This document shows positions 17,231-27,516 of a stretch of 64,000 nt of DNA, one piece after another. The notes beneath the pieces were generated by a model. The model saw only the letters and a program-made list of their open reading frames with translations, was not told the origin of the DNA and ran no database searches. Both the position numbers and the translations under genes were made by a program. The stretch is taken from NCBI GenBank assembly GCA_902510965.1, contig CABXDM010000002.1, positions 7,120-71,119 of the forward strand, in the 5' to 3' direction. Position 1 is the stretch's first letter; each line of letters opens with the position of its first letter. Source of the DNA: an uncultured Candidatus Actinomarina sp. GTDB taxonomy: Bacteria > Actinomycetota > Acidimicrobiia > Actinomarinales > Actinomarinaceae.

Positions 17231-18439
17231 TTTCTCAATCAATGCTGAGGGTGAATAAAGTTTATTGAACTTTTTGCTATCAAAATTATCAATTTCCGAG
17301 AAAAACTTATTTAGATCTTTTTTAAAAATATTTATATCTGTATTTTTTGTAATAATAAACAGGTTATCAAACTCATCTGAAATATGAATTACCGGATCAT
17401 CATTAATTTCAGCAAAGTGAATGACGGGTTTACCAGTTGCTATATATTCGATAACTTTACTGGGTATTTGATTTGGGTTTAAATTACCAATGGAAACGAG
17501 GCAGTGGAATGACTTAGTCATTAACTGTAGTGCTTCATCTCTCGCAACATGAGAATTAAAATTATGCTTGCTGCTGTCAAGTGTATTCTTTTGCAATATA
17601 CTCTCCGAATCTGAATTTATATACCAGTGCATTTCATAATTTTGAAATTTGTCTAGAAAATTAATAAAATTTACAGGCGTCCTGACCCCATGAGTGAAAA
17701 TACCAAAATATCCAAATTTTATATCATTATTTGTATAGTTATAGTTCTTGGTTTGTTCATATAAATGTTCTCGAAATTTGCTGATAGGCTGTCCCACAGC
17801 TGTAATAGAGGGGTTGATTTGAAACTCTTTTATATGAATTTTTCTAGCATCATCATGTGTAAATAAGACTTTAGAAGCTTGCTGGTAAAATTTCGTTTCA
17901 TAGTGTTTATTTAATCGTCCATATAGAAAACTATTGTTTTCAGGGGCTGTTGTTTTTAATGTAAAAGGGTCACCCACGTCCATAATCCAAGGCTTCCCCA
18001 TTTTTTTATTAATCAAATATCCAGCAATATGTGACGAGAAAGGCAAACTAACGGTAACAAGAACATCATATTCTAAATTTAATTTTTTTCTTACTTTAAA
18101 AACAGAAATGAGCCAAAACATTGTATAGTCGGGCCAAGCAAAATTTCTAATTACAAATCGGTAGACTTTTTTTAATAATTTAAAAATTATACTTTTAATT
18201 CTATTCTTTGAATCCAAACTATTAGATTGATTTCGTAAGCTAACAACAACATTACTTGCTCTTGAATTTCCTACAAAAATTGTCTCAATATTGCTGTCTT
18301 GACTGTGTTGTTTTGTGCCAGTTAGAACTGTCACCTCGTGACCTAGTGAAACCAGCTCATCAACTAAAAGCTTCCACCTAGTTGTTCTAGGACTTACGTG
18401 GGGTAAAAACTGATGAGTAACAATTAGGTACTTACTCAT
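17216..18439 (-). CDS. Glycosyltransferase family 4 (GT-B)
   Basis: N-terminal 'YLIVTHQFLPHVSPRTTRWKLLVDELVSLGHEVTVLTG' and C-terminal 'PSKVIEYIATGKPVIHF' fit the two Rossmann-like GT-B domains. Confidence 0.6.
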   Translation of the reverse strand: MSKYLIVTHQFLPHVSPRTTRWKLLVDELVSLGHEVTVLTGTKQHSQDSNIETIFVGNSRASNVVVSLRNQSNSLDSKNRIKSIIFKLLKKVYRFVIRNFAWPDYTMFWLISVFKVRKKLNLEYDVLVTVSLPFSSHIAGYLINKKMGKPWIMDVGDPFTLKTTAPENNSFLYGRLNKHYETKFYQQASKVLFTHDDARKIHIKEFQINPSITAVGQPISKFREHLYEQTKNYNYTNNDIKFGYFGIFTHGVRTPVNFINFLDKFQNYEMHWYINSDSESILQKNTLDSSKHNFNSHVARDEALQLMTKSFHCLVSIGNLNPNQIPSKVIEYIATGKPVIHFAEINDDPVIHISDEFDNLFIITKNTDINIFKKDLNKFFSEIDNFDSKKFNKLYSPSALIEKLDTF

Positions 18440-19817
18440 TTTTATGACTTTCTAGAATTATTAATCCAACAGATACACCTAATAGAGTGCTCAACTCCTC
18501 AGCTTGGAAGAAAAACATTAATAGAATCGAAAAAAGCTGAATCGCTAAATAATAATTAATAATTTCTGTATTTTTAAATAGGTAATACATGTATTTAAAC
18601 AATATAAATAAAAACCAGATGAGACCAATTAAGCCACTTGAAAAATAAATATTCGCATATAGGTTGTTAAAAGAAACAATCTGTCCTGGATTTCTAAATA
18701 CTATCTCTCCTGATTTAACTTGAGCTGTTTGTTTTTCAAAATTATAGGAGTAAATAATATTTGAACTTCCGAGACCATCGCCAAATAACTTTATATTTTC
18801 ATTAAGTATATGGTTTGTTAAATATGAAAAGTTTCCAAATCCATCTAGTCCTCCCCCAGCTATTAATGTAGCTCTAGAAAAAATACTTTCAGCGATGTTC
18901 TCTGAATTTTTAGCTTCATCTAAGGAGTCATCGTAAATACTACAGTCGCACTTATCTGCAGAGTTAGGCGGACACATGGAAGGATCTAAAGGAGGAAATT
19001 TAAAACTTATGTTATTGGCGATTAACGATACAAAAAGGATCATAATTATTGGATATACAAAATTTAATTCAAGTTTTTTAGTTTTAAGTAAGTAAACAAA
19101 CAATACTACAAGACATGCAACTAATACTGATATTACCCCAGTAAGACTTCTTGTAAGTATGAGTGATAATATTGGAAGTATTGATAAAAAATACCATTTA
19201 TTATTTTTTCTAGCTAAATAAAAGTTTAAAGGTATAAAAGGTACTGTCCATACTGCTAAAAAACTAGGTTCACGAAATGTTCCATAGTTTCTTAAAACTG
19301 AACAAGCTCTCTGGATAGGCTGGGACCAGCCCCCCGATCCAGCTCTGGTTCGATTAAAATCTGGAAAATCGAGAAAAAATGAGAAATATGAATACAGCGA
19401 CAAGACTGAAATGATAACTCCAATATAAGCAATATACTCAATGAGTTGATCTTTAGTAAAATACGAGGCCAGAAACTGTATTATCCACACGACAATAAAA
19501 AAACTTATAATTTTCGTAACTCTCAAACTGATGAATTGAGAATAAGTACTAGTAGCATATTGAGGCATTTCAAGATCAAAAGAAAAAGCTTTAATAATTG
19601 TTACAGTGACTACGTATAAAATCCAATATTTTAATGAACCAAAATTTAAAGAACTTAAATCAAAGTTAAAAACATAATATGCAGGAATTATTAGTAATAA
19701 TATGGATACGCCAAACCATGGAAATGGAACTGCAAATATAGAGAAAGCATCTAAGCCCTCTAGGAAAATACTAGAAAGTAGAATAGATAGAACTATATTT
19801 TGCTCTTTAATCTTCAA
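18432..19817 (-). CDS. Wzy / O-antigen ligase-like polytopic membrane protein (putative polysaccharide polymerase)
   Basis: 461 aa with ~10-12 TM helices and a mid-protein extracytoplasmic loop ('...NRTRAGSGGWSQPIQRAC...'). Arg-rich loop region and glycan-cluster context. Confidence 0.5.
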   Translation of the reverse strand: MKIKEQNIVLSILLSSIFLEGLDAFSIFAVPFPWFGVSILLLIIPAYYVFNFDLSSLNFGSLKYWILYVVTVTIIKAFSFDLEMPQYATSTYSQFISLRVTKIISFFIVVWIIQFLASYFTKDQLIEYIAYIGVIISVLSLYSYFSFFLDFPDFNRTRAGSGGWSQPIQRACSVLRNYGTFREPSFLAVWTVPFIPLNFYLARKNNKWYFLSILPILSLILTRSLTGVISVLVACLVVLFVYLLKTKKLELNFVYPIIMILFVSLIANNISFKFPPLDPSMCPPNSADKCDCSIYDDSLDEAKNSENIAESIFSRATLIAGGGLDGFGNFSYLTNHILNENIKLFGDGLGSSNIIYSYNFEKQTAQVKSGEIVFRNPGQIVSFNNLYANIYFSSGLIGLIWFLFILFKYMYYLFKNTEIINYYLAIQLFSILLMFFFQAEELSTLLGVSVGLIILESHKNE

Positions 19818-21460
19818 CTAAATCTTTTATACCCTTCTGAAAATTTATTTTTGATACCACTAGTTTTTTCTCCCCAAGAGTCGTATGGTTGTAATCTTTG
19901 TAATTTTGAAAAGTCCTGAATTGAAAGTATTCCATCGTCTAGTTTTATTTCCCTATATATCTTACTTCCATTAAATTCAACTACCCCAAGAAAATTTTCC
20001 ATATTAAAAGTTAACACATTTCCATTAGTCATATTATTTATTTTGAAGCAATCAAATTCATCTTCTTTTTTAAACTTAATATTGAGATTAGGGCCCCAGT
20101 GATACTCTAAAGATTTAAATTTATTTCTAGTAGAAATATCATCTGTGTAGGTACCTGTTCCTGGATCTCTAGCTATCCACTTATTATCTGTAAAACATTC
20201 AATAGACAACTGATCATAATGTGAATGACCTCCTACTCCATTTTGTCCAACGGGTCCACATCTAATACTTAAATATTCAGAGTCATTCCTCCAAATAAAA
20301 ATCCCAAACTCTGGGTATGCGTATGATTGATAATCTTTTGAAAATAGTTTTATTTCTGGATGCTTCACATGTTTGTAGTCTTTTAAATTTGGAATTTCTT
20401 TTGACACTTCATTCATATTATTATTTTTATTAATAATTAAATTTTCATTAATTTCAAGACTTTCAATCAGTTTTATTAACCAAGTAAGCTTTAGCGGTTT
20501 TTCTTCTTCAAATGCAAAATAAAATATTCTTCCAGAATCATTATCACCAATTTGTGACAATTCACCATCAATAATTAACAATTCTAAAAATTTCTTATTT
20601 AGTAGAATTAATTTATCTATCACTGATGAAATATCTGAAGTTTGATCTAGATCTTGCATGGAAATTTTGCATAGTATCAATGCTTCAGTTACGAAAGCAG
20701 CGTAATGTGTAGAACCTTCAAAATTTGTTCCTTCTTCGTTAAACTGATTTGTTATTTCATTTTCTAATTCTGAAAGTACGAATTCAGTATCAATCACACT
20801 ATTTTTAGTTTCATAGTTAGCAAGAAAAAATAACATGGCTGAAAGTTCTATTAGGTAATGGTTTCCAACAACATTGCCCTCATTCTCTAGGTTATCTTTT
20901 ACATATTGATAATTCTGGGAAATATAAGCATCAAGTAATTCTTCACTATTGTCAAAAATTATAGATCTATTACTTTTATGAGCAAGAAACTGTCTGTGAA
21001 TTATTAGATTAATTAGGCGGATTGCAACATCCATGGGACTATTCCAGTAAATTAAGGGAAATTTATCTACTTTAACTACAAAAGCTTCGGAATCTAGTGC
21101 CTTCATAGCATCAATAGAGCTAATTAAATTCTGTTTTTGTAGGTGTTGCAACCTCGAAGCTTCGTAGGGCACTTTTACATCTGCAATATTGAAAAAGGCA
21201 GGCTTTAATTTTCTATTGGAGAAGTCGTAGCCTTTAAAAAAATCTGTACCGACAATCCAACTATTATTTACAGATTCTCCAAATATTTTCATATCAATAA
21301 GATTTAAATCTTGAGTTAAGTCTTTACCTATTGCCCCTAACAAGTCAAAAACTTGTGATTTATCTTTCCATTTTCCTTGATCAAAGTTATCAGGTATGAG
21401 TGGAGGTTTTTTAAAAAGATTATTAATTTCGTATTTAAATTTTCTTAAGTATCTTCTCAT
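19814..21460 (-). CDS. Heparinase II/III-like (alginate-lyase-fold) family protein
   Basis: Soluble 548-aa protein. The C-terminal 'GPVGQNGVGGHSHYDQLSIECF' matches the G-H-x-H-x-D-x-L-S-F signature of the heparinase II/III C-terminal domain. N-terminal alpha/alpha-toroid-like region. Confidence 0.5.
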   Translation of the reverse strand: MRRYLRKFKYEINNLFKKPPLIPDNFDQGKWKDKSQVFDLLGAIGKDLTQDLNLIDMKIFGESVNNSWIVGTDFFKGYDFSNRKLKPAFFNIADVKVPYEASRLQHLQKQNLISSIDAMKALDSEAFVVKVDKFPLIYWNSPMDVAIRLINLIIHRQFLAHKSNRSIIFDNSEELLDAYISQNYQYVKDNLENEGNVVGNHYLIELSAMLFFLANYETKNSVIDTEFVLSELENEITNQFNEEGTNFEGSTHYAAFVTEALILCKISMQDLDQTSDISSVIDKLILLNKKFLELLIIDGELSQIGDNDSGRIFYFAFEEEKPLKLTWLIKLIESLEINENLIINKNNNMNEVSKEIPNLKDYKHVKHPEIKLFSKDYQSYAYPEFGIFIWRNDSEYLSIRCGPVGQNGVGGHSHYDQLSIECFTDNKWIARDPGTGTYTDDISTRNKFKSLEYHWGPNLNIKFKKEDEFDCFKINNMTNGNVLTFNMENFLGVVEFNGSKIYREIKLDDGILSIQDFSKLQRLQPYDSWGEKTSGIKNKFSEGYKRFS

Positions 21461-22668
21461 TTGTAAGAATTCCTGAAACTATAAGATGTAAGAGCTGAAA
21501 TTGTTATTTGAGATAAGATGATAGAAACTACAGCTGAGTTTTGAAGAATTTGATTAGTAATAAAATAAATTGACAATGAAATCATTGAAGCTAAAAATAT
21601 AATTTTTGAAAGATTGATCTCAAAATTTAAGGCTCTTGCGAAAATTATATTTATTCTTGACCACACCATAAGAGGTAGACAAAACAAGATATAAGAAGTG
21701 TACTCAGCAACAGTTGAAAATTCATCACCTAAAAGGAGAACAAAGATGCTACTTGCAAAGTTCCTAAGGAAATAAAATGAAATTGGGATTATAAAAGATG
21801 CAAAGAATACTTTCTTCAATGTATTTCTTATATTCATAACTTCTTCTCTGGTCTTAACCTTAGAAAGTTGTGGAAAAAGTATATCTAGGCTTGCAGCTAC
21901 AAGTTGAAAAAGTATTTCAAGTATTCTTCGAGCCCAAGATAGTACACCTAGTAAGGGTCCCCCAAAAAATAAACCTAGTAAAACTATATCCAGCTCTGAA
22001 ACAAGAGCACTTGAAAAGGTTGTTAGCACCATTTTTTGTCCAGATTTTGATAGCTTATTTCTAACATCTTTCTTGTCATGATTTTTAGGATTTTTATAAT
22101 TATCACGTATTGAAAAATGTGCAACTCCAAAGAAAATAGCTAATACAAAAACTTGGTATACAATCACCCAGACTATTGGGTAGCCAGCCATGACTATAAC
22201 CCAGGCACCTATTCCGTATAGTATTGTCCGAATAGCAATTTGCTTTGAACTAGTAACAAAATCGCCATTGGCTTGATAAAATGCAAGTGCAACATGTATC
22301 AACTCATTAATTACAAAACCTATTAAAAATAATGAAGTCAAAGTAAAATCTCTTTTGAAAATTACAGTCAAAGGATAGAGGAATATAAAGGCAATTAGTA
22401 GGTTCCGTATGATTAAGAAATAGGAATTTGCAAAAACAAAATCTGAGATACTCTCATTTCGAGCCCTTAGTTTAGTTACTACTAAAGCTAAGGATAAAAC
22501 TAAAGCTGTCCCAATAAGAACTGCCAAACTTTTTGATGAAGCATACTCACCGTAAATAGATGGACCATATTCCCTGCTAATGATTGTGATTAACAGTAAA
22601 TTCACAATTAATAGTGATACTTGTGTGAAAGAAATATATACACTATTTTTTTTCCAATTGTTAATCAT
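21457..22668 (-). CDS. wzx: Wzx-type oligosaccharide flippase (MOP superfamily polysaccharide biosynthesis protein)
   Basis: ~12-TM protein typical of MOP flippases. Start trimmed to 'MINNWKK', giving an ATGA-type overlap with the asnB stop. Confidence 0.65.
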   Translation of the reverse strand: MINNWKKNSVYISFTQVSLLIVNLLLITIISREYGPSIYGEYASSKSLAVLIGTALVLSLALVVTKLRARNESISDFVFANSYFLIIRNLLIAFIFLYPLTVIFKRDFTLTSLFLIGFVINELIHVALAFYQANGDFVTSSKQIAIRTILYGIGAWVIVMAGYPIVWVIVYQVFVLAIFFGVAHFSIRDNYKNPKNHDKKDVRNKLSKSGQKMVLTTFSSALVSELDIVLLGLFFGGPLLGVLSWARRILEILFQLVAASLDILFPQLSKVKTREEVMNIRNTLKKVFFASFIIPISFYFLRNFASSIFVLLLGDEFSTVAEYTSYILFCLPLMVWSRINIIFARALNFEINLSKIIFLASMISLSIYFITNQILQNSAVVSIILSQITISALTSYSFRNSYK

Positions 22669-24506
22669 TGAACTCTCCTTGAGGCATGCCATTGAGAGAG
22701 ATTAATTAAATACCATTTTTTTTGATAATCGGAACCATTTAGAACCTTATTAAGTTCATTGGTGTTGAATAAATTTACTTCTTCATTGAAACTTTTTACG
22801 GAATCGTAGAAGTAGTCAATATCTTTTTTGATCCATTCACCAATTGGTGCTCTGAATCCTTGTTTTGGCCGATCTATAATCTTATTTGGTATATGATTTC
22901 GAGCAATATTTTTTAATAATGGTTTTGTAGTTGATTTATTTAATAGTATTTTTTCTGGAACTGTAAGGACAAATTCAACTAATTTGTGATCAAGAAAAGG
23001 TACTCTAGTTTCGACTCCTGATTGCATAACTAGCTTGTCCATTCTCATTAATAGCAATTCAGGAAGACGAATATCTAAATCTACTAGTGTCATCCATTTA
23101 GATAATTCTGCATCAGATCTTGAGAAGTAGTCATCCCACTTGCTATCAACATAATGTAACGAAGATGGGTTCTCTGAAATGCCTCCATCAACAAGTCTAT
23201 TGATCTCTGATAAATTGAAACCTAAAGCTCCACCCGGAAAAGATGTTCGATTAAATATAATGTTTGATAACAAATTTAACCTATGGTTTGAAAATCCTGA
23301 AACTCTAGAATTATTTTTCATAATCGGCTTAATGAATCTATTAAGTTTTAGATATCTAAGCCAATGTTCGTAACCATAAAATAATTCATCAGCCCCTTCT
23401 CCAACTTGAACAACTGTAATTCCTTTCGACCTTGCAGATTTTCCAAGAAAATAAAGAGGAATGCCAACTTCGTCACCATTTAAATCATCTTGGTAGTTTG
23501 AGTAATTATTTAATAAAGTTTTAAAGTCTCTATATGCTATTTTTTCTTTAATTAACTCTATATCAATATTTGATGATGCGTATTCAGCCTCAGATACTTC
23601 CCCTTTGTAGCCATCAAAGTGTTCCTCATAATCGATATTAAAACCTTTCAATTTACTTTGACTACCTGCCTTCATGAGTTTCCCTATTAATGAGGAGTCC
23701 AATCCACCAGAAAGGAATAGTCCAACTTCAACATCACTTACTTTTCTATACTCCACTGATTCAATAAGTAGTCTTTCTAATTCGTCACTTGCATCACTCT
23801 CACTCATCTCGTAATCTATTTCAAAACTAAACGGATCCCAGTATTTATATGTTTTAATTTCACCACTTTTAGAAAAAGTAACATACTCTCCTGGTCTAAC
23901 TTTGGAAATATTTTTATTACCAGTACTACTTCCTGGGATACATAAATGTCTCATGTAAGTCATGTATGATTCTGTATCCGGAATGAATGGTATTAATTTC
24001 GAGGATTCAATAGTTTTCATTTCAGATCCGAAAACTATCCATTCTTTATATTTTGAAAAATATAAAGGTTTTATTCCAATCCTATCTCTAGCTAAAAATG
24101 TAGTTTTTTCAATTGAATCATATATAGCAAAAGCAAATTGCCCTCTGAGCTTATCTAGAATTTTTTCTTTGTAACATATAAACCCTTTTAGCAAAACCTC
24201 GGTGTCTCCAGATGTATGAAAGCTGTATCCTTTGTTTTCGAGTTCTTCTCTAATCTCTTTGTAATTGTAGATTTCTCCATTGAATACTATCCAATAACGA
24301 TTGTCGTCGGAATGAAATGGTTGGTTTGATCTATCCTCTATATCAATGATGGCTAATCTTGTATGGACCAATGAGACAGTTTCTGAAATGTGTTTTATTG
24401 AAGAGTTGTCTGGCCCTCTATGCTCTAGTGAGGTTTTAATATTATTGGCAATTTCTGGGTCAATTTTAGAATTATTAATGTTAATAATTCCACCTATTCC
24501 ACACAT
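22665..24506 (-). CDS. Asparagine synthase (glutamine-hydrolysing)-family amidotransferase (AsnB/WbpS-like)
   Basis: N-terminal nucleophile 'MCGIGGI', the Ntn glutaminase domain, and 'SGGLDSS' (PP-loop ATP-pyrophosphatase). 613 aa. Confidence 0.85.
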   Translation of the reverse strand: MCGIGGIININNSKIDPEIANNIKTSLEHRGPDNSSIKHISETVSLVHTRLAIIDIEDRSNQPFHSDDNRYWIVFNGEIYNYKEIREELENKGYSFHTSGDTEVLLKGFICYKEKILDKLRGQFAFAIYDSIEKTTFLARDRIGIKPLYFSKYKEWIVFGSEMKTIESSKLIPFIPDTESYMTYMRHLCIPGSSTGNKNISKVRPGEYVTFSKSGEIKTYKYWDPFSFEIDYEMSESDASDELERLLIESVEYRKVSDVEVGLFLSGGLDSSLIGKLMKAGSQSKLKGFNIDYEEHFDGYKGEVSEAEYASSNIDIELIKEKIAYRDFKTLLNNYSNYQDDLNGDEVGIPLYFLGKSARSKGITVVQVGEGADELFYGYEHWLRYLKLNRFIKPIMKNNSRVSGFSNHRLNLLSNIIFNRTSFPGGALGFNLSEINRLVDGGISENPSSLHYVDSKWDDYFSRSDAELSKWMTLVDLDIRLPELLLMRMDKLVMQSGVETRVPFLDHKLVEFVLTVPEKILLNKSTTKPLLKNIARNHIPNKIIDRPKQGFRAPIGEWIKKDIDYFYDSVKSFNEEVNLFNTNELNKVLNGSDYQKKWYLINLSQWHASRRVQ

Positions 24507-24575
24507 TTCTTTAACTCTACTGTTATATTTTTTATTTAAAGTACATTAATTTGAATAGTTTAAAGTAAATATTGT

Positions 24576-25193
24576 ATGAAAAAACTATTAGACATTACAA
24601 TAACCCTAATATTTTCTCCGGTTCTACTAGTAATTTACCCACTTATTTTGATGGTAATTTACATATCTGATGGTTCTCCTGGTTTATATAAACAACAAAG
24701 AGTGGGTGAAAATGGAAATTCATTTCTTTTGTATAAATTTAGAACAATGGATGCTTTATCTAGTGACGATGTACATCAAGAGCATTATGAAAAACTTTCA
24801 AAAAAAGAGACAATTGAACCTTCATTAACTCCAAGTAAACCTATAAGAATTGAAAATGATGATCGTATTACCAATATTGGTAATTTTCTCAGAAAAACGT
24901 CCTTAGATGAATTACCGAACCTTATTAATGTCTTACGAGGAGAAATGTCAATTGTGGGACCAAGGCCACTTGTAAAATATGAATCAGATCTGTACGGAGA
25001 TTATCAAAAAATAAGGAATACTGTAAAACCAGGTATTACAGGCTTAGCTCAAATACAAGGCCGGTTGGATCTAAGCTTGCAAGAAAGACTTTATTGGGAT
25101 TTAGAATATGTTGAAAGTAGATCCTTATTTGTGGATGTGAAAATTATATTTTTAACTTTTTATTATGTAGTTACCAGGAAAGGTGCAAGCTAA
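24576..25193 (+). CDS. Small monotopic polyprenyl-phosphate sugar-1-phosphate transferase (PglC/WbaP C-domain type 'bacterial sugar transferase')
   Basis: 205 aa with a single N-terminal re-entrant helix, 'LYKFRTM' and 'DELPNLINVLRGEMSIVGPRP', which are canonical PGT motifs. Divergent from asnB. Confidence 0.8.
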   Translation: MKKLLDITITLIFSPVLLVIYPLILMVIYISDGSPGLYKQQRVGENGNSFLLYKFRTMDALSSDDVHQEHYEKLSKKETIEPSLTPSKPIRIENDDRITNIGNFLRKTSLDELPNLINVLRGEMSIVGPRPLVKYESDLYGDYQKIRNTVKPGITGLAQIQGRLDLSLQERLYWDLEYVESRSLFVDVKIIFLTFYYVVTRKGAS

Positions 25194-26362
25194 ATCAAGG
25201 TTAAATACTTTTTAACTATCTCTGATTTTTCGATCTGGTTCTTATTAATATTGCTTACATTTAACAATGTTTCAGATAAAAATTGTCTCGATGATAATTT
25301 TTCAAATGCATCTAAAAATGATTCCACTGAATCAGGTTCTATATTCACACCAAGGCTATATTTCTCTATAAACTTTGCAACAGCGGACTCCTTATTTGAA
25401 ATTGATAGCAAAACCTTATTCATTGAAAGATAGTCAAATGTTTTACCTGGAAATCCCTCAATAGTTATACGTTCATCAAGAGAAATTAAAGCTACGGGTA
25501 TGTCAGAGATTTTTTCTATTAATTCATTCCGTTCAATATGTTTATTAAGATTAATTTCAGCATTTACATACTTTTCAATATTTACGTACTCGGTCCCAGC
25601 ACCATAAATATCAAGCTCCCACTTAACATCATGTTCAATAGACATTTGAATGAACTTTTCTAAATTTTGTGGCTTACCAAGATTCCCTGCATAAAACATC
25701 TTTTTTAAATCTAGATTGGGATAATTCTCACTTAATGGATAAGGGGAAAAGTGCGTAATAACTTCAATATTTTTTTGTGACAAATCTCTATTTGTTATTA
25801 AATAATTACGAAGCTCAGGAGAATTGACAACTAAATTATTAGTATTCTTCATTGAATATGTATCTAGCTTTTTAAATATCCTCGTAAGTAACTTTGATTT
25901 AAATAGACTTAAGTTATTAGCTATCTCTGGATAAAGCTCCCAAACTGAATAGGTAACTTTAAGTTTTAATATTTTATAAACGAAAATACTTACTAAATTC
26001 ATTGTTGGCGGATAACTAAAAATAAAGATATGTTCGTAGGTTTTTCTTGCCTTGTATAAAAAACGTAGTGAGTAATAATGAAATCGCATCCACTGAAATA
26101 TCCTTCTAGATTCTTTAAAACTTCTTGTTTTTGAATTTACATGATAGATTTTTACGCCTTTGTATTCAGATTGTGAGTACTGCTTATCTATGATGGATAA
26201 ATTGTTTGGCTTTGACTTTTCAAAATTGTACTGTGGTGTGCTGGCTAGTATTTCTACTTTAATATTATTTTTATTAAATCCAGCTGCTAACTCAGCTACC
26301 AACATCCCAGTAGAAACATTATCGGGAGGTATTGTAAGAGAGTGGAATAGTATCCTTTTCAT
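25190..26362 (-). CDS. Glycosyltransferase family 4 (WbuB-like)
   Basis: N-terminal 'ILFHSLTIPPDNVSTGMLVAELAAGF' resembles the WbuB-type GT4 N-terminus. Tightly linked to FnlC-like and RmlD-like genes. Confidence 0.55.
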   Translation of the reverse strand: MKRILFHSLTIPPDNVSTGMLVAELAAGFNKNNIKVEILASTPQYNFEKSKPNNLSIIDKQYSQSEYKGVKIYHVNSKTRSFKESRRIFQWMRFHYYSLRFLYKARKTYEHIFIFSYPPTMNLVSIFVYKILKLKVTYSVWELYPEIANNLSLFKSKLLTRIFKKLDTYSMKNTNNLVVNSPELRNYLITNRDLSQKNIEVITHFSPYPLSENYPNLDLKKMFYAGNLGKPQNLEKFIQMSIEHDVKWELDIYGAGTEYVNIEKYVNAEINLNKHIERNELIEKISDIPVALISLDERITIEGFPGKTFDYLSMNKVLLSISNKESAVAKFIEKYSLGVNIEPDSVESFLDAFEKLSSRQFLSETLLNVSNINKNQIEKSEIVKKYLTLI

Positions 26363-27516
26363 CCTTTAAGAGAATTACTTATATCAAATGGATAATCACT
26401 TGGCGCATGTTTTTTGAATGAATCTGTGTCTGAAAGATTAACTAAATCTTGTACAATTTTCTCAGAAGCTGTTCCATCTCCGAATGGTTGTTCCCAATTT
26501 GTATTTTTCAAACTTTCAACTTTAGAAATAAATGATTCATAGTCAGTATGTTTTTCAGATGGATCAAACTTAACTGAAGACTCAACATCATACACCTCTG
26601 GTCTTTCCGTTGAAAATCTTAATTGAATACTTGCTGTTCCCAATATACAAGCCTCTTCGACAACAGTGCCTGAATCTGACAATACATAATCTGATCTACC
26701 AAGTAAATGCATAAACTCAAGATAACCAATTGGATCACAGACATAAACATTTGAATTAAGATTCAAATTAAATTCCTTCATTTTCTTCTGAGTTGTGTAC
26801 CCCATTGGAAAAATCACATTTTTATCTGTTTTATTTATTAGATTTACTATTTCTTTTAAACTTGATTCCTCAAGTACATTCTCTCGACGGTGTACAGTTG
26901 CAAGAAGGAATTCATCCTTTTCTATTAATTTTGAAATTTCTTGAGATAGAAACTGATCTCCAGATTCAAATAAGTTTTTGTTTTCATTAATAATGTCAAC
27001 AATAGGATTTCCTGTAACTTTGATTATTTGTTCAGATATACCTTCTTTCAGACCTTGATTTTTGTATCCATCAAGGTATGCATATATCCTGTCAGATAAA
27101 TGATCTATTGTTGTTCTATATTTTTCCTCTGGCATTCTCCAGTCGTAAGACCTCATACATCCTTCAATATGAACAATTGGGATATTATGTTGAGCAACAG
27201 CAATTGAGCCCATAACTGTATTTGTATCCCCTAGAAATATTACGGCTTTATATTTATTTTTTTCTAAATGATTATATATATTCTTAATAACTGAACTGAC
27301 AATTGCTGCGTCGTTTCCTTTTTCAATTTCAAACTCTACGTTTGGCTTTGGAACATTTAATTGTTCAAAGAATACATCTTTCATATTTTCTGAATAGTGC
27401 TGGCCAGACCAAATAAAATCATATGTTAAATTGTTACTGCTCTCCAGTAGCTTGAGAATTTTACTAGCACGAATAACGTCAGGCCTAATACCTAAAATGA
27501 TAGCTATATCTTTCAT
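26359..27516 (-). CDS. UDP-N-acetylglucosamine 2-epimerase-family protein (FnlC/Cap5G-like)
   Basis: 'IILGIRPDVIRASKI' and 'SGQHYS' show the 2-epimerase fold. The IRxS variant is closer to the Cap5G/FnlC subfamily than to the WecB paralog at 15156. Confidence 0.6.
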   Translation of the reverse strand: MKDIAIILGIRPDVIRASKILKLLESSNNLTYDFIWSGQHYSENMKDVFFEQLNVPKPNVEFEIEKGNDAAIVSSVIKNIYNHLEKNKYKAVIFLGDTNTVMGSIAVAQHNIPIVHIEGCMRSYDWRMPEEKYRTTIDHLSDRIYAYLDGYKNQGLKEGISEQIIKVTGNPIVDIINENKNLFESGDQFLSQEISKLIEKDEFLLATVHRRENVLEESSLKEIVNLINKTDKNVIFPMGYTTQKKMKEFNLNLNSNVYVCDPIGYLEFMHLLGRSDYVLSDSGTVVEEACILGTASIQLRFSTERPEVYDVESSVKFDPSEKHTDYESFISKVESLKNTNWEQPFGDGTASEKIVQDLVNLSDTDSFKKHAPSDYPFDISNSLKG

